Assembly (NCBI GenBank): GCA_050872545.1
Contig: JBNMHA010000003.1
Coordinates: 1 to 54,891 of the forward strand
Origin: Spirochaetales bacterium
GTDB lineage: Bacteria; Spirochaetota; GWE2-31-10
Direction: 5' to 3'
Length of the DNA: 54,891 nt
The notes under the pieces were generated by a model, which was given only the letters and a program-made list of their open reading frames with translations, ran no database searches and was not told where the DNA came from. Below are positions 26,324 through 36,136 of this stretch, in pieces; positions within the stretch are counted from its first letter, which is position 1; the number at the start of each line of letters is the position of its first letter. The position numbers and the translations under genes were made by a program.

Positions 26324-27364
26324 ATGAACAAGAAATTTTTAATTTTATTATCAATGCTTGCTGCATTAAATATTTTTGCACAGGAAAATACTTTACCGGA
26401 AGAAGAAGCTGCACCGGTACAAGAAGCAGTCGAAGAAAATACACAAACAGTTGCCGATGCTGAAAATCCAGACACTGAAGAAAGCAAAATTTCATTTTCT
26501 TTTGATTTTGGAATGGAAGCAAGTTTCAATACTGTAGGAAGTGATGACAAATTAGCTTTCGATTCATTTTGTTTTGAAGTAACAGACTTAACTTTCGGAG
26601 CAGAAATCGCACTTTTAGACAATCTTGCGTTCAGCTTCCACCTTGCTGCGCCTATGACATTAGAAACAACAGCTGAAAGCAAAAACAACAATGTTACTGT
26701 AACAGAAGTTTCTCCTGAATTGGGAATCGGTTTGTCTTTCACCCCAATAGAACCTATAACTTTAGATTTTGGTTTAGCACATAACTTAAAACTTGAACCT
26801 TCTGATTTGGAAGTTTTCTCTATCGATTCCGGTTTTATCGCATCTGTAGGCTTTGCATACGAAAACTCATTCTTTGCACTTAGCATTTCAGATACTTTCA
26901 ATCCTCTTTGGAGAATTACAGGAAAAGAAGATTACAAAAGCTACATTGATAATGAATTAGAAGTAGAATTAACTTTTGACTTCTTAAACTTTGTTAAAGA
27001 AGACTTGAATACCGGGCTTTGGGTTTACAATGATTTAGTTACAGATCATTATTTTGATAAAGACGATGATTTCTTTAAATGTTCATTTGAAAATGAACTG
27101 TTTGCCGGTCTGCACACAAATCCTGTAGAATGGTTTGGAGCAAAAGCGGCTTTCTACGGAGATTTCTTATTTGATACAAACAAAGATGGTAATGTTGAAG
27201 ACGGCAGCGACACTGCCGGGCTTGGTTTGTTCTTAGAAGTTGCTTTTGCATATAAAAACATTGGCTTTGCGGTTTCCTACAAGCCAGTATTGTACACAGT
27301 GAACGCAGATTCACCTAAAGATACAAGCCACGAGGTTCTTGCTGCAATTTCTATATCATTCTAA
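26324..27364 (+). CDS. Exported, probable outer-membrane beta-barrel protein
   Basis: Signal peptide ...IFA-QE; alternating amphipathic beta strands; C-terminal AISISF; very acidic. Confidence 0.7.
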   Translation: MNKKFLILLSMLAALNIFAQENTLPEEEAAPVQEAVEENTQTVADAENPDTEESKISFSFDFGMEASFNTVGSDDKLAFDSFCFEVTDLTFGAEIALLDNLAFSFHLAAPMTLETTAESKNNNVTVTEVSPELGIGLSFTPIEPITLDFGLAHNLKLEPSDLEVFSIDSGFIASVGFAYENSFFALSISDTFNPLWRITGKEDYKSYIDNELEVELTFDFLNFVKEDLNTGLWVYNDLVTDHYFDKDDDFFKCSFENELFAGLHTNPVEWFGAKAAFYGDFLFDTNKDGNVEDGSDTAGLGLFLEVAFAYKNIGFAVSYKPVLYTVNADSPKDTSHEVLAAISISF

Positions 27365-27390
27365 TGTGTGATTTGCTCCCTTAATTACAT

Positions 27391-27419
27391 ACACCGGTTT
27401 TCTCACCGGTGTTTTTTTT
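27391..27419 (+). terminator. Intrinsic terminator
   Basis: ACACCGGT / ACCGGTGT followed by a T-run. Confidence 0.8.
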
Positions 27420-27443
27420 ATTAACAGAAATATGCATAGACAT

Positions 27444-27493
27444 AAAAAAAGTGTACTTCGTAAAAGCATTTGTGGCTTCTGCAAGTACACTTT
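27444..27493 (-). terminator. Intrinsic terminator of rpoN-hpf
   Basis: A7-GTGTACTT...AAGTACAC-TTT. Confidence 0.65.
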
Positions 27494-27527
27494 ATCCCGG
27501 TTTGTCGACTCAATAACCGATAAAAAA

Positions 27528-27872
27528 TTATGCCTCAACATTTTCAGCTAATGACTCTACATATTCTTCGCGATTAGAAGCATGTTCATGCATTTTTTCC
27601 TTTTCACGATGAATCTTTTCATCAACTTTATGTATAACTTTATCAATTGCATTATACATATCTTCATCTTCCGCTGTAAATCTGAATGTACCCAACTTAT
27701 GAGTAATCATTGTAACATCTACTTTATATACAAATTTTTCTTTATCAAGACGAAAATCAATCTCCTTAATATTTTCCTTAAAGTAATCAAATTTAAGAAC
27801 TTTTTCCTCAATAGTACTTTTCATTGAGTCTGAAACACTGAATGTTTTGCAACCTTGAATAATTAGATTCAT
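27528..27872 (-). CDS. raiA: Ribosome hibernation factor HPF/RaiA
   Basis: MNLIIQG...EDMYNAIDKVIHKV; directly downstream of rpoN. Confidence 0.9.
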   Translation of the reverse strand: MNLIIQGCKTFSVSDSMKSTIEEKVLKFDYFKENIKEIDFRLDKEKFVYKVDVTMITHKLGTFRFTAEDEDMYNAIDKVIHKVDEKIHREKEKMHEHASNREEYVESLAENVEA

Positions 27873-27936
27873 GGTGTCCTCCTTAATTATTTCTCTAATA
27901 TCTTCCTAGTAAGTCTACATTTTTTGAAATCATAAA

Positions 27937-29340
27937 TCAAATGTTTCTTTTTGCAGATGGAAGAATATTTAAAATGTTTCTATATTTTGCAACCGTTCTG
28001 CGTGCAATGCGAATTCCGCGAGTTTGAAGAATATCCGCAATTTTTTGGTCTGAAATCTTCTTTCCTTCATTTTCTTCAATTATCTCTTTAATCATCTCAC
28101 GCACACTTTCCGAAGACTGCACATCGCCGTCCTTCTTCTTAATTGCATTGGTAAAGAAATATTTTAATTCATGAATTCCCCACTCGGTTTGAATATATTT
28201 AGAAGATGTCAGCCGTGAAATCGTCGATTCTGCCAATCCGACTTCCTCTGCAATGTCTTTCATTATTAAAGGAACAAGATATTTTGAACCTCGTCTAAAA
28301 AACTCTTTCTGCGCATGAACAATGGCTAGAATAACTTTGAACAGAGAATTATTTCTGTTGCGAATTATTTCAATAAATTTTTTTGCAGAAGCAACTTTTT
28401 CAATCACAAACTTATTCTTTTCATCTTTTGCATGTTTTTCTTTTGCTACCTTAGCAATTTTTTCCATATATTCACTGACTTTCAACTCAGGCAGAACTTC
28501 GTTATTAATTTCAACGTTAAGCTCACCGTCTTTCATATAAACAACAGCGTCCGGCACAATGTAATTATCTGCACTGTTATCGTAAGCTCTTCCGGGATAC
28601 AGTTCAAACTGCGCCAGATAAACAAACGCTTTTTTAACTTCATCAACCGAAATTCCCATTGCTCTTGCAAGCTGCACATCTTTGCGTTCCAAAACAAGGT
28701 GAAAATAATCGCGGACAATTTCATACGCCGTTTCATTTACTTCATCTTCCGGAATTGATTCCAACTGATACAGCAACGCCTCACGCACATCTGCACTGGC
28801 AACTCCCGGCGGGTCAAACATTTGAATATTTTCTAAAACTTCAAGTGCTTCATCAGTATTATCAGGGAAAATCGCCATTAAATCTTCTTTAAAAAAACCA
28901 TTGGCATCAATATAACTGATAATGGTTTCGCCTATTTCCTTTTGTTCATCGGTCATTTCCGATAAATGCAGCTGCCATCTTAGTTTATCATGAAGCCCTT
29001 CTTTTAATGAAACAGCACCCTCAAGAAACATTCGCTTGCTATCATCATCGTCGGAATTGCCGCTGCGGTATGATGAATAAATATTGTTATTCACATCACA
29101 ATAGTATCTGTCACGTTCATCAAAGATTTCATCATCCAAATCTTTTTCTTTCTGCGAATACTCCTTTTCGGAATCTTCTTTTTCAACAATTTCCAATGCA
29201 GGATTTTCTATTACTTCTTGTTCGATTTTTTCTTTTAATTCCAAAACCGGCAGCTGAATAAGCTCCAGTGATTGAAGCATTTCATGAGACAAAACAAGTT
29301 TTTGTGATAATTGTACATTTAAATTTTGTGATAAATTCAT
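27937..29340 (-). CDS. rpoN: RNA polymerase sigma-54
   Basis: Q/L-rich region I, ENPALE, ESTISR, ELKYFF, RpoN box ARRTVAKYR. Confidence 0.97.
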   Translation of the reverse strand: MNLSQNLNVQLSQKLVLSHEMLQSLELIQLPVLELKEKIEQEVIENPALEIVEKEDSEKEYSQKEKDLDDEIFDERDRYYCDVNNNIYSSYRSGNSDDDDSKRMFLEGAVSLKEGLHDKLRWQLHLSEMTDEQKEIGETIISYIDANGFFKEDLMAIFPDNTDEALEVLENIQMFDPPGVASADVREALLYQLESIPEDEVNETAYEIVRDYFHLVLERKDVQLARAMGISVDEVKKAFVYLAQFELYPGRAYDNSADNYIVPDAVVYMKDGELNVEINNEVLPELKVSEYMEKIAKVAKEKHAKDEKNKFVIEKVASAKKFIEIIRNRNNSLFKVILAIVHAQKEFFRRGSKYLVPLIMKDIAEEVGLAESTISRLTSSKYIQTEWGIHELKYFFTNAIKKKDGDVQSSESVREMIKEIIEENEGKKISDQKIADILQTRGIRIARRTVAKYRNILNILPSAKRNI

Positions 29341-29530
29341 AACGTTGCAGTATTTTATCCTTTCTGTATTTCGTAGACATGATAGATTACAACAATTTAT
29401 CGGATATGGTTTTATAATTTTTGTGTTTTTTGAGAGATTTTTCTTTATTACCTTTTTTACAAACTTTTCCAGTTTCTTTTTTTTGTTTTTTCATCTATAT
29501 TCCCTCTAATCTCTAACTTAGGAGTCTGAA

Positions 29531-30370
29531 ATGGGAGATATTACTTTATTCCAGAAAAAAAAATCATCTGGTGAAAAAATCACCATGCTTACTTGTTATG
29601 ATTATTCATCTGCTAAATTACTTGCCGAAGTCGGTCTTGATGCAATTCTAATCGGAGATTCTCTAGGAAATGTAATACAAGGTCAAAACAATACAATTCC
29701 CGTGACAATAGAAGACATGATTTATCATACTCGTGCTGTACGCCGAGCTTTGCCTGAAATGTTTTTGGTAACCGATTTGCCGTTTTTGTCATATCAAGTA
29801 TCTAAGGAAGATACTGTACGGAATGCCGGTAAAATAATGAAGGAAAGCGATACTAATGCGGTTAAACTTGAAGGCGGAGAAGAAATTATCGACAGCGTAA
29901 AAGCATTAATTGCCGCAAAAATTCCGGTAATGGGACATTTAGGGCTGACACCTCAATCTTTTCAAATTTTCGGCGGTTTTAAAGTGCAAGGCAAAGATTA
30001 TAATACTGCCAAAAAAATTATAGAAGACGCATTGCTTTTGCAGGAAGCCGGAGCATTTGCAATAGTACTGGAAGGAATTCCGGAAAAACTAGCCACATTA
30101 ATTTCAAAAATGCTGAGCATTCCAACCATCGGCATAGGTGCGGGCTGTAATACCGACGGTCAAGTTCTTGTATTTCAAGACGCATTAGGCATAAACTGCG
30201 GAAAATTACCGCGTTTTGTGAAAAAATTTGCCGATGTAGGACAAGAAATCATCAATGGAGTAAAAAACTACACTGATGAAGTAAAGAAGAAAACATTCCC
30301 GGCTGATGAACACACATATAAAATGGATGATGACTTATATAACAGTCTGGAAAGAGAGTACACTAAATGA
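29531..30370 (+). CDS. panB: 3-methyl-2-oxobutanoate hydroxymethyltransferase
   Basis: MLTCYD, GDSLG, VKLEGG, GHLGLTPQ, IGIGAG..DGQVLV. Confidence 0.97.
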   Translation: MGDITLFQKKKSSGEKITMLTCYDYSSAKLLAEVGLDAILIGDSLGNVIQGQNNTIPVTIEDMIYHTRAVRRALPEMFLVTDLPFLSYQVSKEDTVRNAGKIMKESDTNAVKLEGGEEIIDSVKALIAAKIPVMGHLGLTPQSFQIFGGFKVQGKDYNTAKKIIEDALLLQEAGAFAIVLEGIPEKLATLISKMLSIPTIGIGAGCNTDGQVLVFQDALGINCGKLPRFVKKFADVGQEIINGVKNYTDEVKKKTFPADEHTYKMDDDLYNSLEREYTK

Positions 30371-31224
30371 AAGTAAAATTAATCGAAACAATAGAGGAAA
30401 TGCGTCGTTTCGCAAAAGATGCAAAAAATAAGCATCTTTCCATAGGATACGTTCCTACAATGGGTGCACTGCATGAAGGTCATGTATCATTGATGAAAGC
30501 CGCTGTAGCACAAAATGACATTGCAGTAATGACAATTTTTGTAAATCCGATTCAATTTGGTCCAAACGAAGACTACGAGAAATATCCGAGAACATTAGAA
30601 GCTGATTTGGAAAAAGCCGAAGCTGCAGGAATCTCCGCAGTATTTTTTCCGTCACCAAACGAGCTTACTGCAAATTTGTATTCTTTCGTTGATATTAATG
30701 AACTACAAAATAATTTATGTGGAATCAAGCGTCCCGGACATTTCAGAGGTGTATGTACAATTGTAAGCAAGTTTTTCAATATCATACAGCCGGATAATGC
30801 TTATTTCGGAAAGAAAGACATTCAACAATTGTATATCATAAAGCAAATGGTAAAGGATTTGAACTTCCCGGTAAATATCGTTCCGTGTGAAATAGTGAGG
30901 GAAAGCGATGGACTTGCAATGAGTTCAAGGAATCGCTATCTATCGACAGAAGAAAGAAAAGCTGCTTTAGTTCTTTCACAGTCAATAAAAAAAGCAATTG
31001 CGCTACAGCAAAACGGAGAAACTTCTGCTCGAGTCATTATCAACTGCATTCGAGAAGAAATTGAAAAAGTTCCTTCAGCAAAAATCGACTACATCAGTAT
31101 TGTTAATGAACAAATGCAAGATGTTGCCACAGTAGAAAATAAAAATATTCTTGCATTGGCTGTATATATTGGCAAAACAAGGTTGATTGATAATCATATT
31201 ATTGGAGAAAAATTATGTTTTTAA
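30367..31224 (+). CDS. panC: Pantoate-beta-alanine ligase
   Basis: [44 protein letters not shown]. Confidence 0.97.
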   Translation: MKVKLIETIEEMRRFAKDAKNKHLSIGYVPTMGALHEGHVSLMKAAVAQNDIAVMTIFVNPIQFGPNEDYEKYPRTLEADLEKAEAAGISAVFFPSPNELTANLYSFVDINELQNNLCGIKRPGHFRGVCTIVSKFFNIIQPDNAYFGKKDIQQLYIIKQMVKDLNFPVNIVPCEIVRESDGLAMSSRNRYLSTEERKAALVLSQSIKKAIALQQNGETSARVIINCIREEIEKVPSAKIDYISIVNEQMQDVATVENKNILALAVYIGKTRLIDNHIIGEKLCF

Positions 31225-31574
31225 CCATGATGAAAGGGAAAATTCACAGGGCAACTGTTACTCAAGCAGAACTGAATTATATAGGCAGTATAACAATTGA
31301 TGAAGCACTGATGAAAGCTGCCGGCATTCTGGAAAATGAACGAGTGCAAGTTGTCAATTTAAATAACGGAAGCCGCTTTGAAACATACGCAATCAAAGGT
31401 GCTGAAAACAGCGGCGTTATCTGTATTAACGGTCCCGCAGCCAGAATCGCCGCAGTAGGCGACAAAGTGATTATAATATCGTATGCAATCATGGATAAAT
31501 CGGAAGCGGAAACTTTTTCTCCTATTGTAATCCATGTTGACGAGACTAACCAAATATCTTCTGTGACAAAATAA
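31215..31574 (+). CDS. panD: Aspartate 1-decarboxylase
   Basis: KIHRATVT...YIG-SITID self-cleavage site, RFETY, NGPAAR. Confidence 0.97.
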   Translation: MFLTMMKGKIHRATVTQAELNYIGSITIDEALMKAAGILENERVQVVNLNNGSRFETYAIKGAENSGVICINGPAARIAAVGDKVIIISYAIMDKSEAETFSPIVIHVDETNQISSVTK

Positions 31575-31604
31575 AAAAACCGGAGTTAAACTCCGGTTTT
31601 TTTT
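31573..31604. terminator. Bidirectional intrinsic terminator
   Basis: A-run, CCGGAGT / ACTCCGG, T-run between convergent genes. Confidence 0.85.
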
Positions 31605-31626
31605 ATACACGCCGCAAATTATTTTA

Positions 31627-32304
31627 TTACTCACTTAAAGTTTCAATAGCTTCAAGTGCTCTTGTTCTAATGTCTTTGTTGTAATTTCCGTGCTGAATTT
31701 CTGACAGCAAATAAATTGCTTCAGAATAATTCATTGGATTTCCTTTAGCTATGTTTTTTACCGCATCAATCAACGCAGCAACTAAATTTTGATCCGGACG
31801 GTTAGTAGTTCTGTACATATAACTTAATGCTCTGAGAATATCACCTGAATCATCACTCATATTAGGATCTGCAAGTGCAAGACATATTTCTGCTTTTACA
31901 GAACTGTGCGGTTCAGTATTCAAAGCATTAAGAAGTGAAAGTCTAGCTCCGGAACCTCCGATTTTCGCCATTACTTTTACTGATTTTCTTCTGATTTCTG
32001 GGAAATCGTTAATTAATCTTCCGTCTTCAAATTGTTTTCTGATAGAACCTTCACCCATTAAGAAATCTACCAATTCGACAAGCTTTTTATCATCTTCTGA
32101 ATATTTTTCAGAATCAAAGCCGTTTAAAATTTCATCTAACACGCGTTCTTTTGAGGTTCTGTCTCCGGCTTTAACCTCAGTAAGATAATTTTTCAATTTT
32201 TGTTCTTTTCTTGTCAGCAACTCTTCTTCCGGAGTACTTGCAAAAGCATTGAATGCACCCAAAGTAAGTATTGTACAAATAAAAACTAAAATTGTTCTTT
32301 TCAT
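31627..32304 (-). CDS. Exported HEAT-repeat protein
   Basis: Signal peptide; PEIRRKSVKVMAKIGG and VKAEICLAL HEAT-like helices. Confidence 0.75.
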   Translation of the reverse strand: MKRTILVFICTILTLGAFNAFASTPEEELLTRKEQKLKNYLTEVKAGDRTSKERVLDEILNGFDSEKYSEDDKKLVELVDFLMGEGSIRKQFEDGRLINDFPEIRRKSVKVMAKIGGSGARLSLLNALNTEPHSSVKAEICLALADPNMSDDSGDILRALSYMYRTTNRPDQNLVAALIDAVKNIAKGNPMNYSEAIYLLSEIQHGNYNKDIRTRALEAIETLSE

Positions 32305-32357
32305 TTTTTGCTTCCTTTCTTTTCTTAGTTTTTTAAATTAATTTTAATTAATTAACA

Positions 32358-33062
32358 TTACTTTTTGTCTAATTTCCAAGACTCATTTTCGTAGACAAAA
32401 TCATAAACAAAATTTGTATTACCGTCAAGCATACAATTAACTTTGATATTCTTTTCATCTATTCTCTGAAAATTTACATATTTTAATGCAATTCCTTCAC
32501 GAGACGGAATAACGATATAATCAAAGTAATCTTTCGCCGAACGCAAAACAATTTTTTTCCTTTTTAAGTATCCTGATTTCCTTGACATTTTCAATAACTC
32601 ATCCGGATCCTCAATAAAAGAACGATAATTACTGCTTAAACTATTATACCAACCGTCAAAGTCTTCTGCGATTATTTTTTCCTCTATGGTCTCGAACAAT
32701 CCGCATATTTTTGCATTCAATTCATCGTTTGAAACTTCTTCCAGTTTAAATTTCAGTCTTGAGTCAACCTTAGGATCGTCCTTTACAACTTGCGGCAAAG
32801 AAACTTGTTTTGGTTTATTTTCCGCTTCTGTTTTAACAACTATTTTTGAAACTTTCTTTTCGGGTATATTTATAGCTTCGTCCGCTTTAGGTGGCTCTAT
32901 ATTAACAACAGGTTTTTCGCTGTTATGTACTTTTTCACTGATGATAATTTCAGGTTCCGATGCAGATTTCTCTTTTTCCGCAACAATTGGTTTTGTCGTA
33001 TTTTTACAGTTAAAGAAACAAAGAAAACATATTAGCAGCAAAAGAAATGATTTACTTTTCAT
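32358..33062 (-). CDS. Hypothetical lipoprotein
   Basis: Hydrophobic N-terminus with FFN-C, P/E/K linker, compact C-terminal domain. Confidence 0.65.
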   Translation of the reverse strand: MKSKSFLLLLICFLCFFNCKNTTKPIVAEKEKSASEPEIIISEKVHNSEKPVVNIEPPKADEAINIPEKKVSKIVVKTEAENKPKQVSLPQVVKDDPKVDSRLKFKLEEVSNDELNAKICGLFETIEEKIIAEDFDGWYNSLSSNYRSFIEDPDELLKMSRKSGYLKRKKIVLRSAKDYFDYIVIPSREGIALKYVNFQRIDEKNIKVNCMLDGNTNFVYDFVYENESWKLDKK

Positions 33063-33142
33063 AGAGTCCTTATTCTGATATAAATATTTTTCAAATTATA
33101 GAAGACATTTTTAAGATGTCAATTATTTAATCAGGAAATTTT

Positions 33143-33751
33143 ATGTCACAAAACCAACTGCAAATAATAAGAGAAACTCTGAAATCTATGGAAGAACCGA
33201 TAATTTTTTCTTTGACAGAACGTACACGGTACAAGTTTTATCCTGAAAATCAGCAAATGTTTCATAACTTTTGGAAAGAACAGAATGAAATCAGAACTAA
33301 ACTTCAAGCATCGCAGATAAACGCAAATTACACGCGAATTTTCTGCCAAGCAGAAAACAAGCTGCTTTCTTTTTATTTTTCAAACTTTCTTCCGGTCAAC
33401 TGTGGTAGCTTAGAATTACCGACAGAATCTGCTTTCTTTAAGGATTTAAATATTTTATTCAGTATATCAGAACGAATGCGACTAGGAATAAATGTAGCAG
33501 TGGCAAAATTTCAGGCAAATCCGGAACTTTACCGCAAATTAGCAGCAGACAATAACATTGAAGAAATAAACAAGCAGCTTACAAATAACGAAGTAGAACA
33601 AAAAATTTTGCAGAGAGTAGGGGAAACTGCCAAACGATTCGATTTTGTTAATCCTTTGTTTAGTCCGCAAACTGCCATGTCCTTTTTCAAAGACTGCATT
33701 ATTCCACTGACTAAAGAAATTGAACTGGAATATCTGCTAAGCTGCAAATAA
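33143..33751 (+). CDS. Chorismate mutase, yeast/plant (Aro7) type
   Basis: IRETLKSMEEPIIFSLTER, SISERMRLG..VAVAKF, TNNEVEQKILQR, IIPLTKEIELEYLL align by eye with Aro7 motifs. Confidence 0.85.
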   Translation: MSQNQLQIIRETLKSMEEPIIFSLTERTRYKFYPENQQMFHNFWKEQNEIRTKLQASQINANYTRIFCQAENKLLSFYFSNFLPVNCGSLELPTESAFFKDLNILFSISERMRLGINVAVAKFQANPELYRKLAADNNIEEINKQLTNNEVEQKILQRVGETAKRFDFVNPLFSPQTAMSFFKDCIIPLTKEIELEYLLSCK

Positions 33752-33754
33752 TCG

Positions 33755-35011
33755 CTAAAAGTTAGATTCCATTCGCAGAATATCCATTTCTTCCGGCTCA
33801 ACAATATTACCGTCAACGTCATAAAAAACTGCAGCAAACGGCTCTGTATGTTTTGCTTCGTCAGTTGGATTTCCGTTTTTATCAAAAAACTGAACTCGTC
33901 CTAACGCAATGGTTTTCATATTTTTCCCAATCAGCGTAAGTTTATCCGCCGGAGTAATCTTATTATAAATTTTTAATGCAGATTTCTCACTAGCCGACAA
34001 AACCATTGCGGCAAGCCGTGTATTTCGCTTATATTCTGCAGAACCGGCAATATTAGCATCTTCATAAGGCTTCTTATAAAAAAAACCGGTAGAAAACTCA
34101 CGATGAGAAACAACGTCAAGTTCCTGATAAACTTGCTCCATTCTGTCAAGCGGTCTGCCGGATTGAATGCAGTCGATAACGTACCTGTATGCTCGAACAA
34201 TGCTTGAAATATAGAGAATCGATTTCATTCTTCCTTCAATTTTAAAGCTTGAAACTCCAGCATCAATCAAGTCTTTCACATGATTTATCATACAAATATC
34301 TTTTGACGACAAAATATAGGTTCCGTTTTCATCAGAAGAAACATCAAATGTATCATCTTTGCGAGTTTTTTCCTTTAAGAAAAATTCCCATCGACAGGAA
34401 TGTGCGCAGTCGCCTTGATTGGCAGATCTAGTTCCATCATCTTTTTGCGTTCCAAGCCCTTTTGTCGTCATATAGGAAGAAAGAAGACATCGTCCGGAAT
34501 ATGCAATGCACATTGCTCCGTGAACAAAAGCTTCCAATTCCAAATCCGGAAGAGCTTTGCGAATTGTTTGAATAGCCTCAATTCCCAATTCTCGCGCCAA
34601 AACAACTCTGTTTGCTCCAATAGATGAATACATCATTGCTGCATACTGATTTGTACAGTTTGCCTGCGTACTGATGTGAACCGCAACTTCCGGTGCATAT
34701 TTTTTTGCCAAATAAAAAACGCCCATATCAGATATAATCATTCCGTCCGGCTTTATTTTAGCAAGAAAAATCAATGCATCTACAATTCGCTCTTCATGTT
34801 CCGGCATAAAATAAATGTTTAATGCAATGTAAATTTTTTTGCCGATTGCGTGAGTATACTCAACAGCCTGCGCCAATTCTTCACGTGAAAAATTATCGGC
34901 ATTTGCACGAAGCGATAATTTATCAAGCCCCGCATAAACCGCATCAGCACCATAATGAAATGCGACTTTTAATTTTTCAAAGTTTCCTGCCGGTGCCAAT
35001 AATTCAGGCAT
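33755..35011 (-). CDS. Peptidase U32 family (TrhP/YegQ-like tRNA hydroxylase)
   Basis: PELLAPAG, HISTQAN, HGAMCIAYSGRC...NQGDCAHSCRW, FKIEGRMK. Confidence 0.9.
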   Translation of the reverse strand: MPELLAPAGNFEKLKVAFHYGADAVYAGLDKLSLRANADNFSREELAQAVEYTHAIGKKIYIALNIYFMPEHEERIVDALIFLAKIKPDGMIISDMGVFYLAKKYAPEVAVHISTQANCTNQYAAMMYSSIGANRVVLARELGIEAIQTIRKALPDLELEAFVHGAMCIAYSGRCLLSSYMTTKGLGTQKDDGTRSANQGDCAHSCRWEFFLKEKTRKDDTFDVSSDENGTYILSSKDICMINHVKDLIDAGVSSFKIEGRMKSILYISSIVRAYRYVIDCIQSGRPLDRMEQVYQELDVVSHREFSTGFFYKKPYEDANIAGSAEYKRNTRLAAMVLSASEKSALKIYNKITPADKLTLIGKNMKTIALGRVQFFDKNGNPTDEAKHTEPFAAVFYDVDGNIVEPEEMDILRMESNF

Positions 35012-35036
35012 TGTCTGCTCCTTAATGTTTTCAGTC

Positions 35037-36005
35037 TTAATCTACCGCTAAATATTTATCCAAAAAATCAGTCACTGTTCTAATGTAATCTGCTTTATTA
35101 CTTTGTACCATACCCAAGCAATGTGCGGATTTCGGGAAAACATGAAATTCCTTAGGTTCCAAAGCATTGGAAAAAATAGCTTCACTGTTTTCTATTGCTA
35201 CAGATTGGTCTTTTCCACCGTGTAAAATAAGCAGCGGTCTTGGTGAAATTCTAGCGGCAACTACGTCTGCACGATAAATATCGTCTTTTGGATTTACACC
35301 GGATTTTTCCTTTATAATTCTTATAGCTTCATCGCTCATGTCATCCCAAATTCTGTCTTTAGGTGCGGCATCTTCCAAAACGACTTTTAACTGCTCATAT
35401 CTGGCACCTGCCAATACTGCACGCAGCGCACCGTAGGAAAAACCGAATATTCCGATTTTTTCTTTATCCACATCAGAACGAACAGAAAGATAAGTTATTA
35501 TATCACCAATATCCTGCAAATCTTTTTCAATCGAATTAACAAATTTTTTAGGCTTCTTTGCATAATTCCACATTCTGGGATTATAAACAAGCAGCTGGTA
35601 TCCCGAAGCCAAAAGGAAGCGTGACTGATAAAGCCCGAATGATAAGTCCGAACTGTAGCCCGGCACAATAATAAGCGTACCTTTTGCATTTTCTACAGGA
35701 ATAAACCAAGCATTCAGCTTTAATCTGTCCGATACCGGAATTTTTACTTCCTCATATTTTTCAATACGGTACTTTTTAGAAATATCATTTCTCACATAAT
35801 TGTAATCATTGCCCGGAGTATAACCTTCAAATCGAAGAAAATGGAAAACTACCGTCTCGTCTTTACTTTCAAAACTTTTGTCCGCCTCATTTAAATAAGC
35901 TTTCCAATCTTTATTTCGCTTAATTCTTCCTTTTTCGGCTGCTGATTGCGCAGTTAGCGGCAATAAATTAAGCAGCATTACAAGCAACAATAAAATTTTT
36001 TTCAT
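35037..36005 (-). CDS. Exported alpha/beta hydrolase
   Basis: Signal peptide from ATG 36005; GFSYG nucleophile elbow, HGGKDQSV, AH catalytic His. Confidence 0.88.
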   Translation of the reverse strand: MKKILLLLVMLLNLLPLTAQSAAEKGRIKRNKDWKAYLNEADKSFESKDETVVFHFLRFEGYTPGNDYNYVRNDISKKYRIEKYEEVKIPVSDRLKLNAWFIPVENAKGTLIIVPGYSSDLSFGLYQSRFLLASGYQLLVYNPRMWNYAKKPKKFVNSIEKDLQDIGDIITYLSVRSDVDKEKIGIFGFSYGALRAVLAGARYEQLKVVLEDAAPKDRIWDDMSDEAIRIIKEKSGVNPKDDIYRADVVAARISPRPLLILHGGKDQSVAIENSEAIFSNALEPKEFHVFPKSAHCLGMVQSNKADYIRTVTDFLDKYLAVD

Positions 36006-36136
36006 AAACCCTTCCTGCCAACTATTTGTGTCCTTATATAACAACTTCAACTCATTTACAAGCACGCCGATTTTGACAAAGAAGATCAATTTCGGTATAA
36101 ACAACAATCAATTCATTAACAAATTAAGAGGCAGCT

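Noticed and set aside
26320-26901. 193-aa minus-strand ORF
   Set aside because: Antisense to the OMP gene, which has the SD, signal peptide and terminator.
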